Positions 51,601 to 64,000 are shown, counted from the first letter of the stretch. The stretch is 64,000 bases of DNA from the human T2T-CHM13v2.0 reference genome, Homo sapiens (GCF_009914755.1 NC_060934.1), one strand, 5' to 3'. The notes: generated by a model from the sequence alone, not told the origin. Translations and numbers: made by a program.

Positions 51601-54600
51601 TGTTGTTTGTATTCAGCACACAGATTTGAACCTTCCTTTAGAGAGAGCAGATTTGAAACACTCTGTTTTTGGAATTTGCAAGTGCAGATTTCAAGCGCTT
51701 CTAGGCCTATGGCAGAAAAGGAAATATCTTCGTATAAAAACTACACAGAATCATTCTCAACAACTACTTTGTGATGTGTGCGTTCAACTCACAGAGGTTA
51801 AACTTTCTTTTCAGAGAGCAGTTTGGAAACACTCTGTTTGTAAAGCCTGCAAGTGCTTTTTTGGACTTCATTGAGGCCTTCGTTGGAAACGGGATTTCTT
51901 CATACAACGCTAGACAGAAGAATTCTCAGTAACTTCTTTGTGTTGTGTGTATTCAACTCACAGAGTTGAACCTTTCTTTAGAGAGAGCAGAGTTGAAACA
52001 CTCTGTTTTTGGAATTTGCAAGTGCAGATTTCAAGCCATTCTAGGCCTATGGCAGAAAAGGAAATATCTTCGTATAAAAACTACACAGAATCATTCTCAA
52101 CAACTACTTTGTGATGTGTGCGTTCAACTCACAGAGTTTAACCTTTCTTTTCATAGAGCAGTTTGGAAACACTCTGTTTGTAAAGCCTGCAAGTGCTTTT
52201 TTGGACTTCATTGAGGCCTTCTTTGGAAACGGGATTTCTTCATACAACGCTAGACAGAAGAATTCTCAGTAACTTCTTTGTGTTGTGTGTATTCAACTCA
52301 CAGAGTTGAACCTTTCTTTAGAGAGAGCAGAGTTGAAACACTCTGTTTTTGGAATTTGCAAGTGCAGATTTCAAGCGATTCTAGGCCTATGGCAGAAAAG
52401 TAAATATCTTCGTATAAAAACTAGACAGAATCATTCTCAAAAACTACTTTGTGATGTGTGCGTTCAACTCACAGAGTTTAACCTTTCTTTTCATAGAGCA
52501 GTTTGGAAACACTGTTTGTAAAGCCTGCAAGTGCTTTTTTGGACTTCATTGAGGCCTTCGTTGGAAACGGGATTTCTTCATATAATGCTAGACAGAAGAA
52601 TTCTCAGTAACTTCTTTGTGTTGTTTGTATTCAACACACAGATTTGAACCTTCCTTTAGAGAGAGCAGATTTGAAACACTCTGTTTTTGGAATTTGCAAG
52701 TGCAGATTTCAAGCGCTTCTAGGCCTATGGCAGAAAAGGAAATATCTTCGTATAAAAACTACACAGAATCATTCTCAACAACTACTTTGTGATGTGTGCG
52801 TTCAACTCACAGAGGTTAACCTTTCTTTTCAGAGAGCAGTTTGGAAACACTCTGTTTGTAAAGCCTGCAAGTGCTTTTTTGGACTTCATTGAGGCCTTCG
52901 TTGGAAACGGGATTTCTTCATACAACGCTAGACAGAAGAATTCTCAGTAACTTCTTTGTGTTGTGTGTATTCAACTCACAGAGTTGAACCTTTCTTTAGA
53001 GAGAACAGAGTTGAAACACTCTGTTTTTGGAATTTGCAAGTGCAGATTTCAAGCGATTCTAGGCCTATGGCAGAAAAGGAAATATCTTCGTAGAAAAACT
53101 ACACAGAATCATTCTCAACAACTACTTTGTGATGTGTGCGTTCAACTCACAGAGTTTAACCTTTCTTTTCATAGAGCAGTTTGGAAACACTCTGTTTGTA
53201 AAGCCTGCAAGTGCTTTTTTGGACTTCATTGAGGCCTTCGTTGGAAACGGGATTTCTTCATATAACGCTAGACAGAAGAATTCTCAGTCACTTCTTTGTG
53301 TTGTGTGTATTCAAGTCACAGAGTTGAACCTTCCTTTAGACAGAGCAGTTTTGAAAAATTCTTTCTGTGGAATTTGCAAGTGGAGATTTCAAGCGATTTG
53401 AGGCTAATCTTTGAAATGGAAATATCTTCGTGTAAAAACTACACAGAATCATTCTCAGAAACTGCTTTGTCATCTGTGCGTTCAGTTCACAGAGTTTCAC
53501 CTTTCTCTTCATAGAGCAGTTTGGAAAGACTCTGTCTGTAAAGTCTGCAAGTGATTAGTTAGACCCCTTTGAGACCTTCGTTGGAAGCGGGATTTCTCAT
53601 TTACTGCTAGACAGAAGAATTCTCAGTAAATCCTTTGTGTTGTGTGTATTCAACTCACAGAGTGGAACCTTCCTTTATTCAGAGCAGTTTTGAAACAGTC
53701 TTTTTGTGGAATTTGCAAGTGGAGATTTCAAGCGATTTGACGCCAATCTTAGACATGGAAATATCTTCATATTAAAAGTACACAGAGTCATTCGTAGAAA
53801 CTAGTTTGTGATGTGTGCCTTCAACTCACAGAGTTTAACCTTTCTTTTCTTAGAGCAGTTGGGAAACACTCTATTTGTAAAGTCTGCAAGTGGATATTTG
53901 GACCTCTTTGAGGCCTTCGTTGGAAACGGGATTTCTTCATATAACGCTAGACAGAAGAATTCTCAGTAACTTCTTTGTGTTGTGTGTATTCAACTCACAG
54001 AGTTGAACCTTTCTTTAGAGGGAGCAGAGGTGAAACAGTCTTTTTGTGGAATTTGCTAGTGTAGATTTCAAACGCTTCGAAGTCAGTGATAGAAAAGGAT
54101 ATATCTTCGTATTAAAAGTAGACAAAATCATTCTCAGAAAACTCTTTGTGATGTGTGTGTTCAACTCACAGAGTTTAACCTTTCTTTAATCGAGCAGTTT
54201 GGAAATACACTCTTTGTAAGTCTGCAGGTGGATATTTGTCCCTCTTTGAGCCCTTCGTTGGAAACGGGATTTCCTCTTATAATGCTAGACAGAAGAATTC
54301 TCAGTAACTTCTCTGTGTTGTTTGTATTCAACACACAGATTTGAACCTTCCTTTAGAGAGAGCAGATTTGAAACACTCTGTTTTTGGAATTTGCAAGTGC
54401 AGATTTCAAGCACTTCTAGGCCTATGGCAGAAAAGGAAATATCTTCGTATAAAAACTACACAGAATCATTCTCAACAACTACTTTGTGATGTGTGCGTTC
54501 AACTCACAGAGTTTAACCTTTCTTTTCATAGAGCAGTTTGGAAACACTCTGTTTGTAAAGCCTGCAAGTGCTTTTTTGGACTTCATTGAGGCCTTCGTTG

Positions 54601-57600
54601 GAAACGGGATTTCTTCATACAACGCTAGACAGAAGAATTCTCAGTAACTTCTTTGTGTTATGTGTATTCAACTCACAGAGTTGAACCTTTCTTTAGAGGG
54701 AGCAGAGGTGAAACACTCTTTTTGTGGAATTTGCTAGTGTAGATTTCAAACGCTTCGAAGTCAGTGATAGAAAAGGATATATCTTCGTATTAAAAGTAGA
54801 CAAAATCATTCTCAGAAAACTCTTTGTGATGTGTGTGTTCAACTCACAGAGTTTAACCTTTCTTTAATCGAGCAGTTTGGAAATACACTCTTTGTAAGTC
54901 TGCAGGTGGATATTTGTCCCTCTTTGAGCCCTTCGTTGGAAACGGGATTTCCTCATATAATGCTAGACAGAAGAATTCTCAGTAACTTCTTTGTGTTGTT
55001 TGTATTCAACACACAGATTTGAACCTTCCTTTAGAGAGAGCAGATTTGAAACACTCTGTTTTTGGAATTTGCAAGTGCAGATTTCAAGCGCTTCTAGGCC
55101 TATGGCAGAAAAGGAAATATCTTCGTATAAAAACTACACAGAATCATTCTCAACAACTACTTTGTGATGTGTGCGTTCAACTCACAGAGGTTAACCTTTC
55201 TTTTCAGAGAGCAGTTTGGAAACACTCTGTTTGTAAAGCCTGCAAGTGCTTTTTTGGACTTCATTGAGGCCTTCGTTGGAAACGGGATTTCTTCATACAA
55301 CGCTAGACAGAAGAATTCTCAGTAACTTCTTTGTGTTGTGTGTATTCAACTCACAGAGTTGAACCTTTCTTTAGAGAGAACAGAGTTGAAACACTCTGTT
55401 TTTGGAATTTGCAAGTGCAGATTTCAAGCGATTCTAGGCCTATGGCAGAAAAGGAAATATCTTCGTAGAAAAACTACACAGAATCATTCTCAACAACTAC
55501 TTTGTGATGTGTGCGTTCAACTCACAGAGTTTAACCTTTCTTTTCATAGAGCAGTTTGGAAACACTCTGTTTGTAAAGCCTGCAAGTGCTTTTTTGGACT
55601 TCATTGAGGCCTTCGTTGGAAACGGGATTTCTTCATATAACGCTAGACAGAAGAATTCTCAGTCACTTCTTTGTGTTGTGTGTATTCAAGTCACAGAGTT
55701 GAACCTTCCTTTAGACAGAGCAGTTTTGAAAAATTCTTTCTGTGGACTTTGCAAGTGGAGATTTCAAGCGATTTGAGGCTAATCTTTGAAATGGAAATAT
55801 CTTCGTGTAAAAACTACACAGAATCATTCTCAGAAACTGCTTTGTCATCTGTGCGTTCAGTTCACAGAGTTTCACCTTTCTCTTCATAGAGCAGTTTGGA
55901 AAGACTCTGTCTGTAAAGTCTGCAAGTGATTAGTTAGACCCCTTTGAGACCTTCGTTGGAAGCGGGATTTCTCATTTACTGCTAGACAGAAGAATTCTCA
56001 GTAAATCCTTTGTGTTGTGTGTATTCAACTCACAGAGTGGAACCTTCCTTTATTCAGAGCAGTTTTGAAACAGTCTTTTTGTGGAATTTGCAAGTGGAGA
56101 TTTCAAGCGATTTGACGCCAATCTTAGACATGGAAATATCTTCATATTAAAAGTACACAGAGTCATTCGTAGAAACTAGTTTGTGATGTGTGCCTTCAAC
56201 TCACAGAGTTTAACCTTTCTTTTCATAGAGCAGTTGGGAAACACTCTATTTGTAAAGTCTGCAAGTGGATATTTGGACCTCTTTGAGGCCTTCGTTGGAA
56301 ACGGGATTTCTTCATATAACGCTAGACAGAAGAATTCTCAGTAACTTCTTTGTGTTGTGTGTATTCAACTCACAGAGTTGAACCTTTCTTTAGAGGGAGC
56401 AGAGGTGAAACAGTCTTTTTGTGGAATTTGCTAGTGTAGATTTCAAACGCTTCGAAGTCAGTGATAGAAAAGGATATATCTTCGTATTAAAAGTAGACAA
56501 AATCATTCTCAGAAAACTCTTTGTGATGTGTGTGTTCAACTCACAGAGTTTAACCTTTCTTTAATCGAGCAGTTTGGAAATACACTCTTTGTAAGTCTGC
56601 AGGTGGATATTTGGCCCTCTTTGAGCCCTTCTTTGGAAACGGGATTTCCTCTTATAATGCTAGACAGAAGAATTCTCAGTAACTTCTCTGTGTTGTTTGT
56701 ATTCAACACACAGATTTGAACCTTCCTTTAGAGAGAGCAGATTTGAAACACTCTGTTTTTGGAATTTGCAAGTGCAGATTTCAAGCACTTCTAGGCCTAT
56801 GGCAGAAAAGGAAATATCTTCGTATAAAAACTACACAGAATCATTCTCAACAACTACTTTGTGATGTGTGCGTTCAACTCACAGAGTTTAACCTTTCTTT
56901 TCATAGAGCAGTTTGGAAACACTCTGTTTGTAAAGCCTGCAAGTGCTTTTTTGGACTTCATTGAGGCCTTCGTTGGAAACGGGATTTCTTCATACAACGC
57001 TAGACAGAAGAATTCTCAGTAACTTCTTTGTGTTATGTGTATTCAACTCACAGAGTTGAACCTTTCTTTAGAGGGAGCAGAGGTGAAACACTCTTTTTGT
57101 GGAATTTGCTAGTGTAGATTTCAAACGCTTCGAAGACAGTGATAGAAAAGGATATATCTTCGTATTAAAAGTAGACAAAATCATTCTCAGAAAACTCTTT
57201 GTGATGTGTGTGTTCAACTCACAGAGTTTAACCTTTCTTTAATCGAGCAGTTTGGAAATACACTCTTTGTAAGTCTGCAGGTGGATATTTGTCCCTCTTT
57301 GAGCCCTTCGTTGGAAACGGGATTTCCTCATATAATGCTAGACAGAAGAATTCTCAGTAACTTCTTTGTGTTGTTTGTATTCAACACACAGATTTGAACC
57401 TTCCTTTAGAGAGAGCAGATTTGAAACACTCTGTTTTTGGAATTTGCAAGTGCAGATTTCAAGCGCTTCTAGGCCTATGGCAGAAAAGGAAATATCTTCG
57501 TATAAAAACTACACAGAATCATTCTCAACAACTACTTTGTGATGTGTGCGTTCAACTCACAGAGGTTAACCTTTCTTTTCAGAGAGCAGTTTGGAAACAC

Positions 57601-60600
57601 TCTGTTTGTAAAGCCTGCAAGTGCTTTTTTGGACTTCATTGAGGCCTTCGTTGGAAACGGGATTTCTTCATACAACGCTAGACAGAAGAATTCTCAGTAA
57701 CTTCTTTGTGTTGTGTGTATTCAACTCACAGAGTTGAACCTTTCTTTAGAGAGAACAGAGTTGAAACACTCTGTTTTTGGAATTTGCAAGTGCAGATTTC
57801 AAGCGATTCTAGGCCTATGGCAGAAAAGGAAATATCTTCGTAGAAAAACTACACAGAATCATTCTCAACAACTACTTTGTGATGTGTGCATTCAACTCAC
57901 AGAGTTTAACCTTTCTTTTCATAGAGCAGTTTGGAAACACTCTGTTTGTAAAGCCTGCAAGTGCTTTTTTGGACTTCATTGAGGCCTTCGTTGGAAACGG
58001 GATTTCTTCATATAACGCTAGACAGAAGAATTCTCAGTCACTTCTTTGTGTTGTGTGTATTCAAGTCACAGAGTTGAACCTTCCTTTAGACAGAGCAGTT
58101 TTGAAAAATTCTTTCTGTGGACTTTGCAAGTGGAGATTTCAAGCGATTTGAGGCTAATCTTTGAAATGGAAATATCTTCGTGTAAAAACTACACAGAATC
58201 ATTCTCAGAAACTGCTTTGTCATCTGTGCGTTCAGTTCACAGAGTTTCACCTTTCTCTTCATAGAGCAGTTTGGAAAGACTCTGTCTGTAAAGTCTGCAA
58301 GTGATTAGTTAGACCCCTTTGAGACCTTCGTTGGAAGCGGGATTTCTCATTTACTGCTAGACAGAAGAATTCTCAGTAAATCCTTTGTGTTGTGTGTATT
58401 CAACTCACAGAGTGGAACCTTCCTTTATTCAGAGCAGTTTTGAAACAGTCTTTTTGTGGAATTTGCAAGTGGAGATTTCAAGCGATTTGACGCCAATCTT
58501 AGACATGGAAATATCTTCATATTAAAAGTACACAGAGTCATTCGTAGAAACTAGTTTGTGATGTGTGCCTTCAACTCACAGAGTTTAACCTTTCTTTTCA
58601 TAGAGCAGTTGGGAAACACTCTATTTGTAAAGTCTGCAAGTGGATATTTGGACCTCTTTGAGGCCTTCGTTGGAAACGGGATTTCTTCATATAACGCTAG
58701 ACAGAAGAATTCTCAGTAACTTCTTTGTGTTGTGTGTATTCAACTCACAGAGTTGAACCTTTCTTTAGAGGGAGCAGAGGTGAAACAGTCTTTTTGTGGA
58801 ATTTGCTAGTGTAGATTTCAAACGCTTCGAAGTCAGTGATAGAAAAGGATATATCTTCGTATTAAAAGTAGACAAAATCATTCTCAGAAAACTCTTTGTG
58901 ATGTGTGTGTTCAACTCACAGAGTTTAACCTTTCTTTAATCGAGCAGTTTGGAAATACACTCTTTGTAAGTCTGCAGGTGGATATTTGGCCCTCTTTGAG
59001 CCCTTCTTTGGAAACGGGATTTCCTCTTATAATGCTAGACAGAAGAATTCTCAGTAACTTCTCTGTGTTGTTTGTATTCAACACACAGATTTGAACCTTG
59101 CTTTAGAGAGAGCAGATTTGAAACACTCTGTTTTTGGAATTTGCAAGTGCAGATTTCAAGCACTTCTAGGCCTATGGCAGAAAAGGAAATATCTTCGTAT
59201 AAAAACTACACAGAATCATTCTCAACAACTACTTTGTGATGTGTGCGTTCAACTCACAGAGTTTAACCTTTCTTTTCATAGAGCAGTTGGGAAACACTCT
59301 GTTTGTAAAGCCTGCAAGTGCTTTTTTGGACTTCATTGAGGCCTTCGTTGGAAACGGGATTTCTTCATACAACGCTAGACAGAAGAATTCTCAGTAACTT
59401 CTTTGTGTTATGTGTATTCAACTCACAGAGTTGAACCTTTCTTTAGAGGGAGCAGAGGTGAAACACTCTTTTTGTGGAATTTGCTAGTGTAGATTTCAAA
59501 CGCTTCGAAGACAGTGATAGAAAAGGATATATCTTCGTATTAAAAGTAGACAAAATCATTCTCAGAAAACTCTTTGTGATGTGTGTGTTCAACTCACAGA
59601 GTTTAACCTTTCTTTAATCGAGCAGTTTGGAAATACACTCTTTGTAAGTCTGCAGGTGGATATTTGTCCCTCTTTGAGCCCTTCGTTGGAAACGGGATTT
59701 CCTCATATAATGCTAGACAGAAGAATTCTCAGTAACTTCTTTGTGTTGTTTGTATTCAACACACAGATTTGAACCTTCCTTTAGAGAGAGCAGATTTGAA
59801 ACACTCTGTTTTTGGAATTTGCAAGTGCAGATTTCAAGCGCTTCTAGGCCTATGGCAGAAAAGGAAATATCTTCGTATAAAAACTACAGAGAATCATTCT
59901 CAACAACTACTTTGTGATGTGTGCGTTCAACTCACAGAGGTTAACCTTTCTTTTCAGAGAGCAGTTTGGAAACACTCTGTTTGTAAAGCCTGCAAGTGCT
60001 TTTTTGGACTTCATTGAGGCCTTCGTTGGAAACGGGATTTCTTCATACAACGCTAGACAGAAGAATTCTCAGTAACTTCTTTGTGTTGTGTGTATTCAAC
60101 TCACAGAGTTGAACCTTTCTTTAGAGAGAACAGAGTTGAAACACTCTGTTTTTGGAATTTGGAAGTGCAGATTTCAAGCGATTCTAGGCCTATGGCAGAA
60201 AAGGAAATATCTTCGTAGAAAAACTACACAGAATCATTCTCAACAACTACTTTGTGATGTGTGCGTTCAACTCACAGAGTTTAACCTTTCTTTTCATAGA
60301 GCAGTTTGGAAACACTCTGTTTGTAAAGCCTGCAAGTGCATTTTTGGACTTCATTGAGGCCTTCGTTGGAAACGGGATTTCTTCATATAACGCTAGACAG
60401 AAGAATTCTCAGTCACTTCTTTGTGTTGTGTGTATTCAAGTCACAGAGTTGAACCTTCCTTTAGACAGAGCAGTTTTGAAAAATTCTTTCTGTGGAATTT
60501 GCAAGTGGAGATTTCAAGCGATTTGAGGCTAATCTTTGAAATGGAAATATCTTCGTGTAAAAACTACACAGAATCATTCTCAGAAACTGCTTTGTCATCT

Positions 60601-63600
60601 GTGCGTTCAGTTCACAGAGTTTCACCTTTCTCTTCATAGAGCAGTTTGGAAAGACTCTGTCTGTAAAGTCTGCAAGTGATTAGTTAGACCCCTTTGAGAC
60701 CTTCGTTGGAAACGGGATTTCTCATTTACTGCTAGACAGAAGAATTCTCAGTAAATCCTTTGTGTTGTGTGTATTCAACTCACAGAGTGGAACCTTCCTT
60801 TATTCAGAGCAGTTTTGAAACAGTCTTTTTGTGGAATTTGCAAGTGGAGATTTCAAGCGATTTGACGCCAATCTTAGACATGGAAATATCTTCATATTAA
60901 AAGTACACAGAGTCATTCGTAGAAACTAGTTTGTGATGTGTGCCTTCAACTCACAGAGTTTAACCTTTCTTTTCATAGAGCAGTTGGGAAACACTCTATT
61001 TGTAAAGTCTACAAGTGGATATTTGGACCTCTTTGAGGCCTTCGTTGGAAACGGGATTTCTTCATATAACGCTAGACAGAAGAATTCTCAGTAACTTCTT
61101 TGTGTTGTGTGTATTCAACTCACAGAGTTGAACCTTTCTTTAGAGGGAGCAGAGGTGAAACAGTCTTTTTGTGGAATTTGCTAGTGTAGATTTCAAACGC
61201 TTCGAAGTCAGTGATAGAAAAGGATATATCTTCGTATTAAAAGTAGACAAAATCATTCTCAGAAAACTCTTTGTGATGTGTGTGTTCAACTCACAGAGTT
61301 TAACCTTTCTTTAATCGAGCAGTTTGGAAATACACTCTTTGTAAGTCTGCAGGTGGATATTTGGCCCTCTTTGAGCCCTTCTTTGGAAACGGGATTTCCT
61401 CTTATAATGCTAGACAGAAGAATTCTCAGTAAATTCTCTGTGTTGCTTGTATTCAACACACAGATTTGAACCTTCCTTTAGAGAGAGCAGATTTGAAACA
61501 CTCTGTTTTTGGAATTTGCAAGTGCAGATTTCAAGCACTTCTATGCCTATGGCAGAAAAGGAAATATCTTCGTATAAAAACTACACAGAATCATTCTCAA
61601 CAACTACTTTGTGATGTGTGCGTTCAACTCACAGAGTTTAACCTTTCTTTTCATAGAGCAGTTTGGAAACACTCTGTTTGTAAAGCCTGCAAGTGCTTTT
61701 TTGGACTTCATTGAGGCCTTCGTTGGAAACGGGATATCTTCATACAACGCTAGACAGAAGAATTCTCAGTAACTTCTTTGTGTTATGTGTATTCAACTCA
61801 CAGAGTTGAACCTTTCTTTAGAGGGAGCAGAGGTGAAACACTCTTTTTGTGGAATTTGCTAGTGTAGATTTCAAACGCTTCGAAGACAGTGATAGAAAAG
61901 GATATATCTTCGTATTAAAAGTAGACAAAATCATTCTCAGAAAACTCTTTGTGATGTGTGTGTTCAACTCACAGAGTTTAACCTTTCTTTAATCGAGCAG
62001 TTTGGAAATACACTCTTTGTAAGTCTGCAGGTGGATATTTGTCCCTCTTTGAGCCCTTCGTTGGAAACGGGATTTCCTCATATAATGCTAGACAGAAGAA
62101 TTCTCAGTAACTTCTTTGTGTTGTTTGTATTCAACACACAGATTTGAACCTTCCTTTAGAGAGAGCAGATTTGAAACACTCTGTTTTTGGAATTTGCAAG
62201 TGCAGATTTCAAGCGCTTCTAGGCCTATGGCAGAAAAGGAAATATCTTCGTATAAAAACTACACAGAATCATTCTCAACAACTACTTTGTGATGTGTGCG
62301 TTCAACTCACAGAGGTTAACCTTTCTTTTCAGAGAGCAGTTTGGAAACACTCTGTTTGTAAAGCCTGCAAGTGCTTTTTTGGACTTCATTGAGGCCTTCG
62401 TTGGAAACGGGATTTCTTCATACAACGCTAGACAGAAGAATTCTCAGTAACTTCTTTGTGTTGTGTGTATTCAACTCACAGATTTGAAGCTTTCTTTAGA
62501 GAGAGCAGAGTTGAAACACTCCGTTTTTGGAATTTGCAAGTGCAGTTTTCAAGCGATTCCAGGCCTATGGCAGAAAAGGAAGTATCTTCGTATAAAAACT
62601 ACACAGAATCATCCTCAACAACTACTTTGTGATGTGTGCGTTCAACTCACAGAGTTTAACCTTTCTTTTCATAGAGCAGTTTGGAAACACTCTGTTTGTA
62701 AAGCCTGCAAGTGCTTTTTTGGACTTCATTGAGGCCTTCGTTGGAAACGGGATTTCTTCATACAATGCTAGACAGAAGAATTCTCAGTAACTTCTTTGCG
62801 TTGTGTGTATTCAACTCACAGAGTTGAACCTTTCTTTAGAGAGAGCAGAGTTGAAACACTCTGTTTTTGGAATTTGCAAGTGCAGATTTCAAGCGATTCT
62901 AGGCCTATGGCAGAAAAGTAAATATCTTCGTATAAAAACTACACAGAATCATTCTCAACAACTACTTTGTGATGTGTGCGTTCAACTCACAGAGTTTAAC
63001 CTTTCTTTTCATAGAGCAGTTTGGAAACACTGATTGTAAAGCCTGCAAGTGCTTTTTTGGACTTCATTGAGGCCTTCGTTGGAAACGGGATTTCTTCATA
63101 TAATGCTAGACAGAAGAATTCTCAGTCACTTCTTTGTGTTGTGTGTATTCAAGTCACAGAGTTGAACCTTCCTTTAGACAGAGCAGTTTTGAAAAATTCT
63201 TTCTGTGGAGTTTGCAAGTGGAGATTTCCAGCGATTTGAGGCTAATCTTTGAAATGGAAATAGCTTCGTGTAAAAACTAAACAGAATCATTCTCAGAAAC
63301 TGCTTTGTCTTCTGTGCGTTCAGTTCACAGAGTTTCACCTTTCTCTTCATAGAGCAGTTTGGAAAGACTCTGTCTGTAAAGTCTGCAAGTGATTAGTTAG
63401 ACCCCTTTGAGGCCTTCGTTGGAAGCGGGATTTCTCATTTACTGCTAGACAGAAGAATTCTCAGTAAATCCTTTGTGTTGTGTGTATTCAACTCACAGAG
63501 TGGAACCTTCCTTTATTCAGAGCAGTTTTGAAACACTCTTTTTGTGGAATTTGCAAGTGGAGATTTCAAGCGATTTGACGCCAATCTTAGACATGGAAAT

Positions 63601-64000
63601 ATCTTCATATTAAAAGTACACAGAGTCATTCGTAGAAACTAGTTTGTGATGTGTGCCTTCAACTCACAGAGTTTAACCTTTCTTTTCATAGAGCAGTTGG
63701 GAAACACTCTATTTGTAAAGTCTGCAAGTGGATATTTGGACCTCTTTGAGGCCTTCGTTGGAAACGGGATTTCTTCATATAACGCTAGACAGAAGAATTC
63801 TCAGTAACTTCTTTGTGTTGTGTGTATTCAACTCACAGAGTTGAACCTTTCTTTAGAGGGAGCAGAGGTGAAACAGTCTTTTTGTGGAATTTGCTAGTGT
63901 AGATTTCAAACGCTTCGAAGTCAGTGATAGAAAAGGATATATCTTCGTATTAAAAGTAGACAAAATCATTCTCAGAAAACTCTTTGTGATGTGTGTGTTC
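33604..64000 (+). repeat. Right domain: derived 2375-bp 14-mer HOR A-B-B'-C-D-A*-B*
   Basis: Units start at 33604, 35979, 39032, 41407, 43782, 46157, 54636, 57011 and 59386 (period 2375). There is an extra AB at 38354-39031 and irregular units at 48532-54635 and 61761-64000. Domain-specific markers are TTTGTCCC, TTCAGAGAG, GAGAACAGAG, CGTAGAAAAA, GAGACCTTCG, CCTCTTAT, CTTCTCTG, AAGCACTT and GTTATGTG. Confidence 0.88.
52599..64000 (+). repeat. Second copy of a large tandem duplication of 36317-52598 (truncated by the window end)
   Basis: Rare variants recur in the same order at offsets 16282, 15604 and 13229 (see findings). Confidence 0.82.

Larger units (their letters stand above)
1..64000 (+). 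repeat. Alpha satellite higher-order repeat array, SF1 dimeric type (probably chromosome 10 D10Z1; D12Z3 is the main alternative 8-mer)
   Basis: The ~171-bp monomers carry alphoid motifs (CATTCTCAGAAACT..TTTGTGATGTGTG, CACAGAGTTGAACCTT, GAGCAGTTTGGAAACACTC). GAATTC recurs every 338-340 bp and a CENP-B box sits in alternate monomers. One RsaI site (GTAC, e.g. 1178-1181) occurs per HOR in dimer D and a PstI site (265-270) in dimer A. Alpha satellite identity is near certain. The chromosome assignment is recalled knowledge and only moderately confident. Confidence 0.97.

Noticed and set aside
142-63239. About 190 short ORFs of 63-138 aa, almost all on the + strand
   Set aside because: They recur with the satellite period, overlap in several frames, mostly use non-ATG starts and have no recognisable domain. 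They are translations of alphoid DNA and are useful only as variant markers.
1-64000. CRISPR-like or diversity-generating array (constant motif every ~340 bp)
   Set aside because: The intervening sequences are near-identical repeats rather than unique spacers. There is no leader and no cas or reverse transcriptase gene.
1-64000. L1/Alu insertion, inversion or monomeric alpha transition
   Set aside because: No non-alphoid segment, poly-A tail or strand switch was seen. Dimer spacing stays at 338-340 bp throughout.

Overview
The whole 64 kb is one uninterrupted, single-orientation array of human-type centromeric alpha satellite. It holds about 377 monomers of ~171 bp, organised as about 188 EcoRI-bounded ~340-bp dimers with a CENP-B box in every second monomer, which is the suprachromosomal family 1 pattern. 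I see no genes, transposons or inversions, and all listed ORFs are by-products of the repeat. Four dimer types can be read directly: A (338 bp), B (340), C (339) and D (340). They form a 1357-bp 8-mer higher-order repeat (ABCD), and an A/B hybrid dimer (B') gives a 1019-bp 6-mer (B'CD). An SF1 8-mer plus 6-mer with one RsaI site per unit best fits the chromosome 10 array D10Z1, but this is from memory and not a database match. The interest lies in the architecture. 1-33603 is a mix of 8-mers and 6-mers with nested recent duplications. At 33604 the array switches to a differently built 2375-bp 14-mer (A-B-B'-C-D-A*-B*) that has a fixed dead CENP-B box. The right half also contains a ~16.3-kb tandem duplication remodelled by whole-unit indels and a more divergent island. 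I find no new gene-based system. The window is a readable record of satellite turnover.
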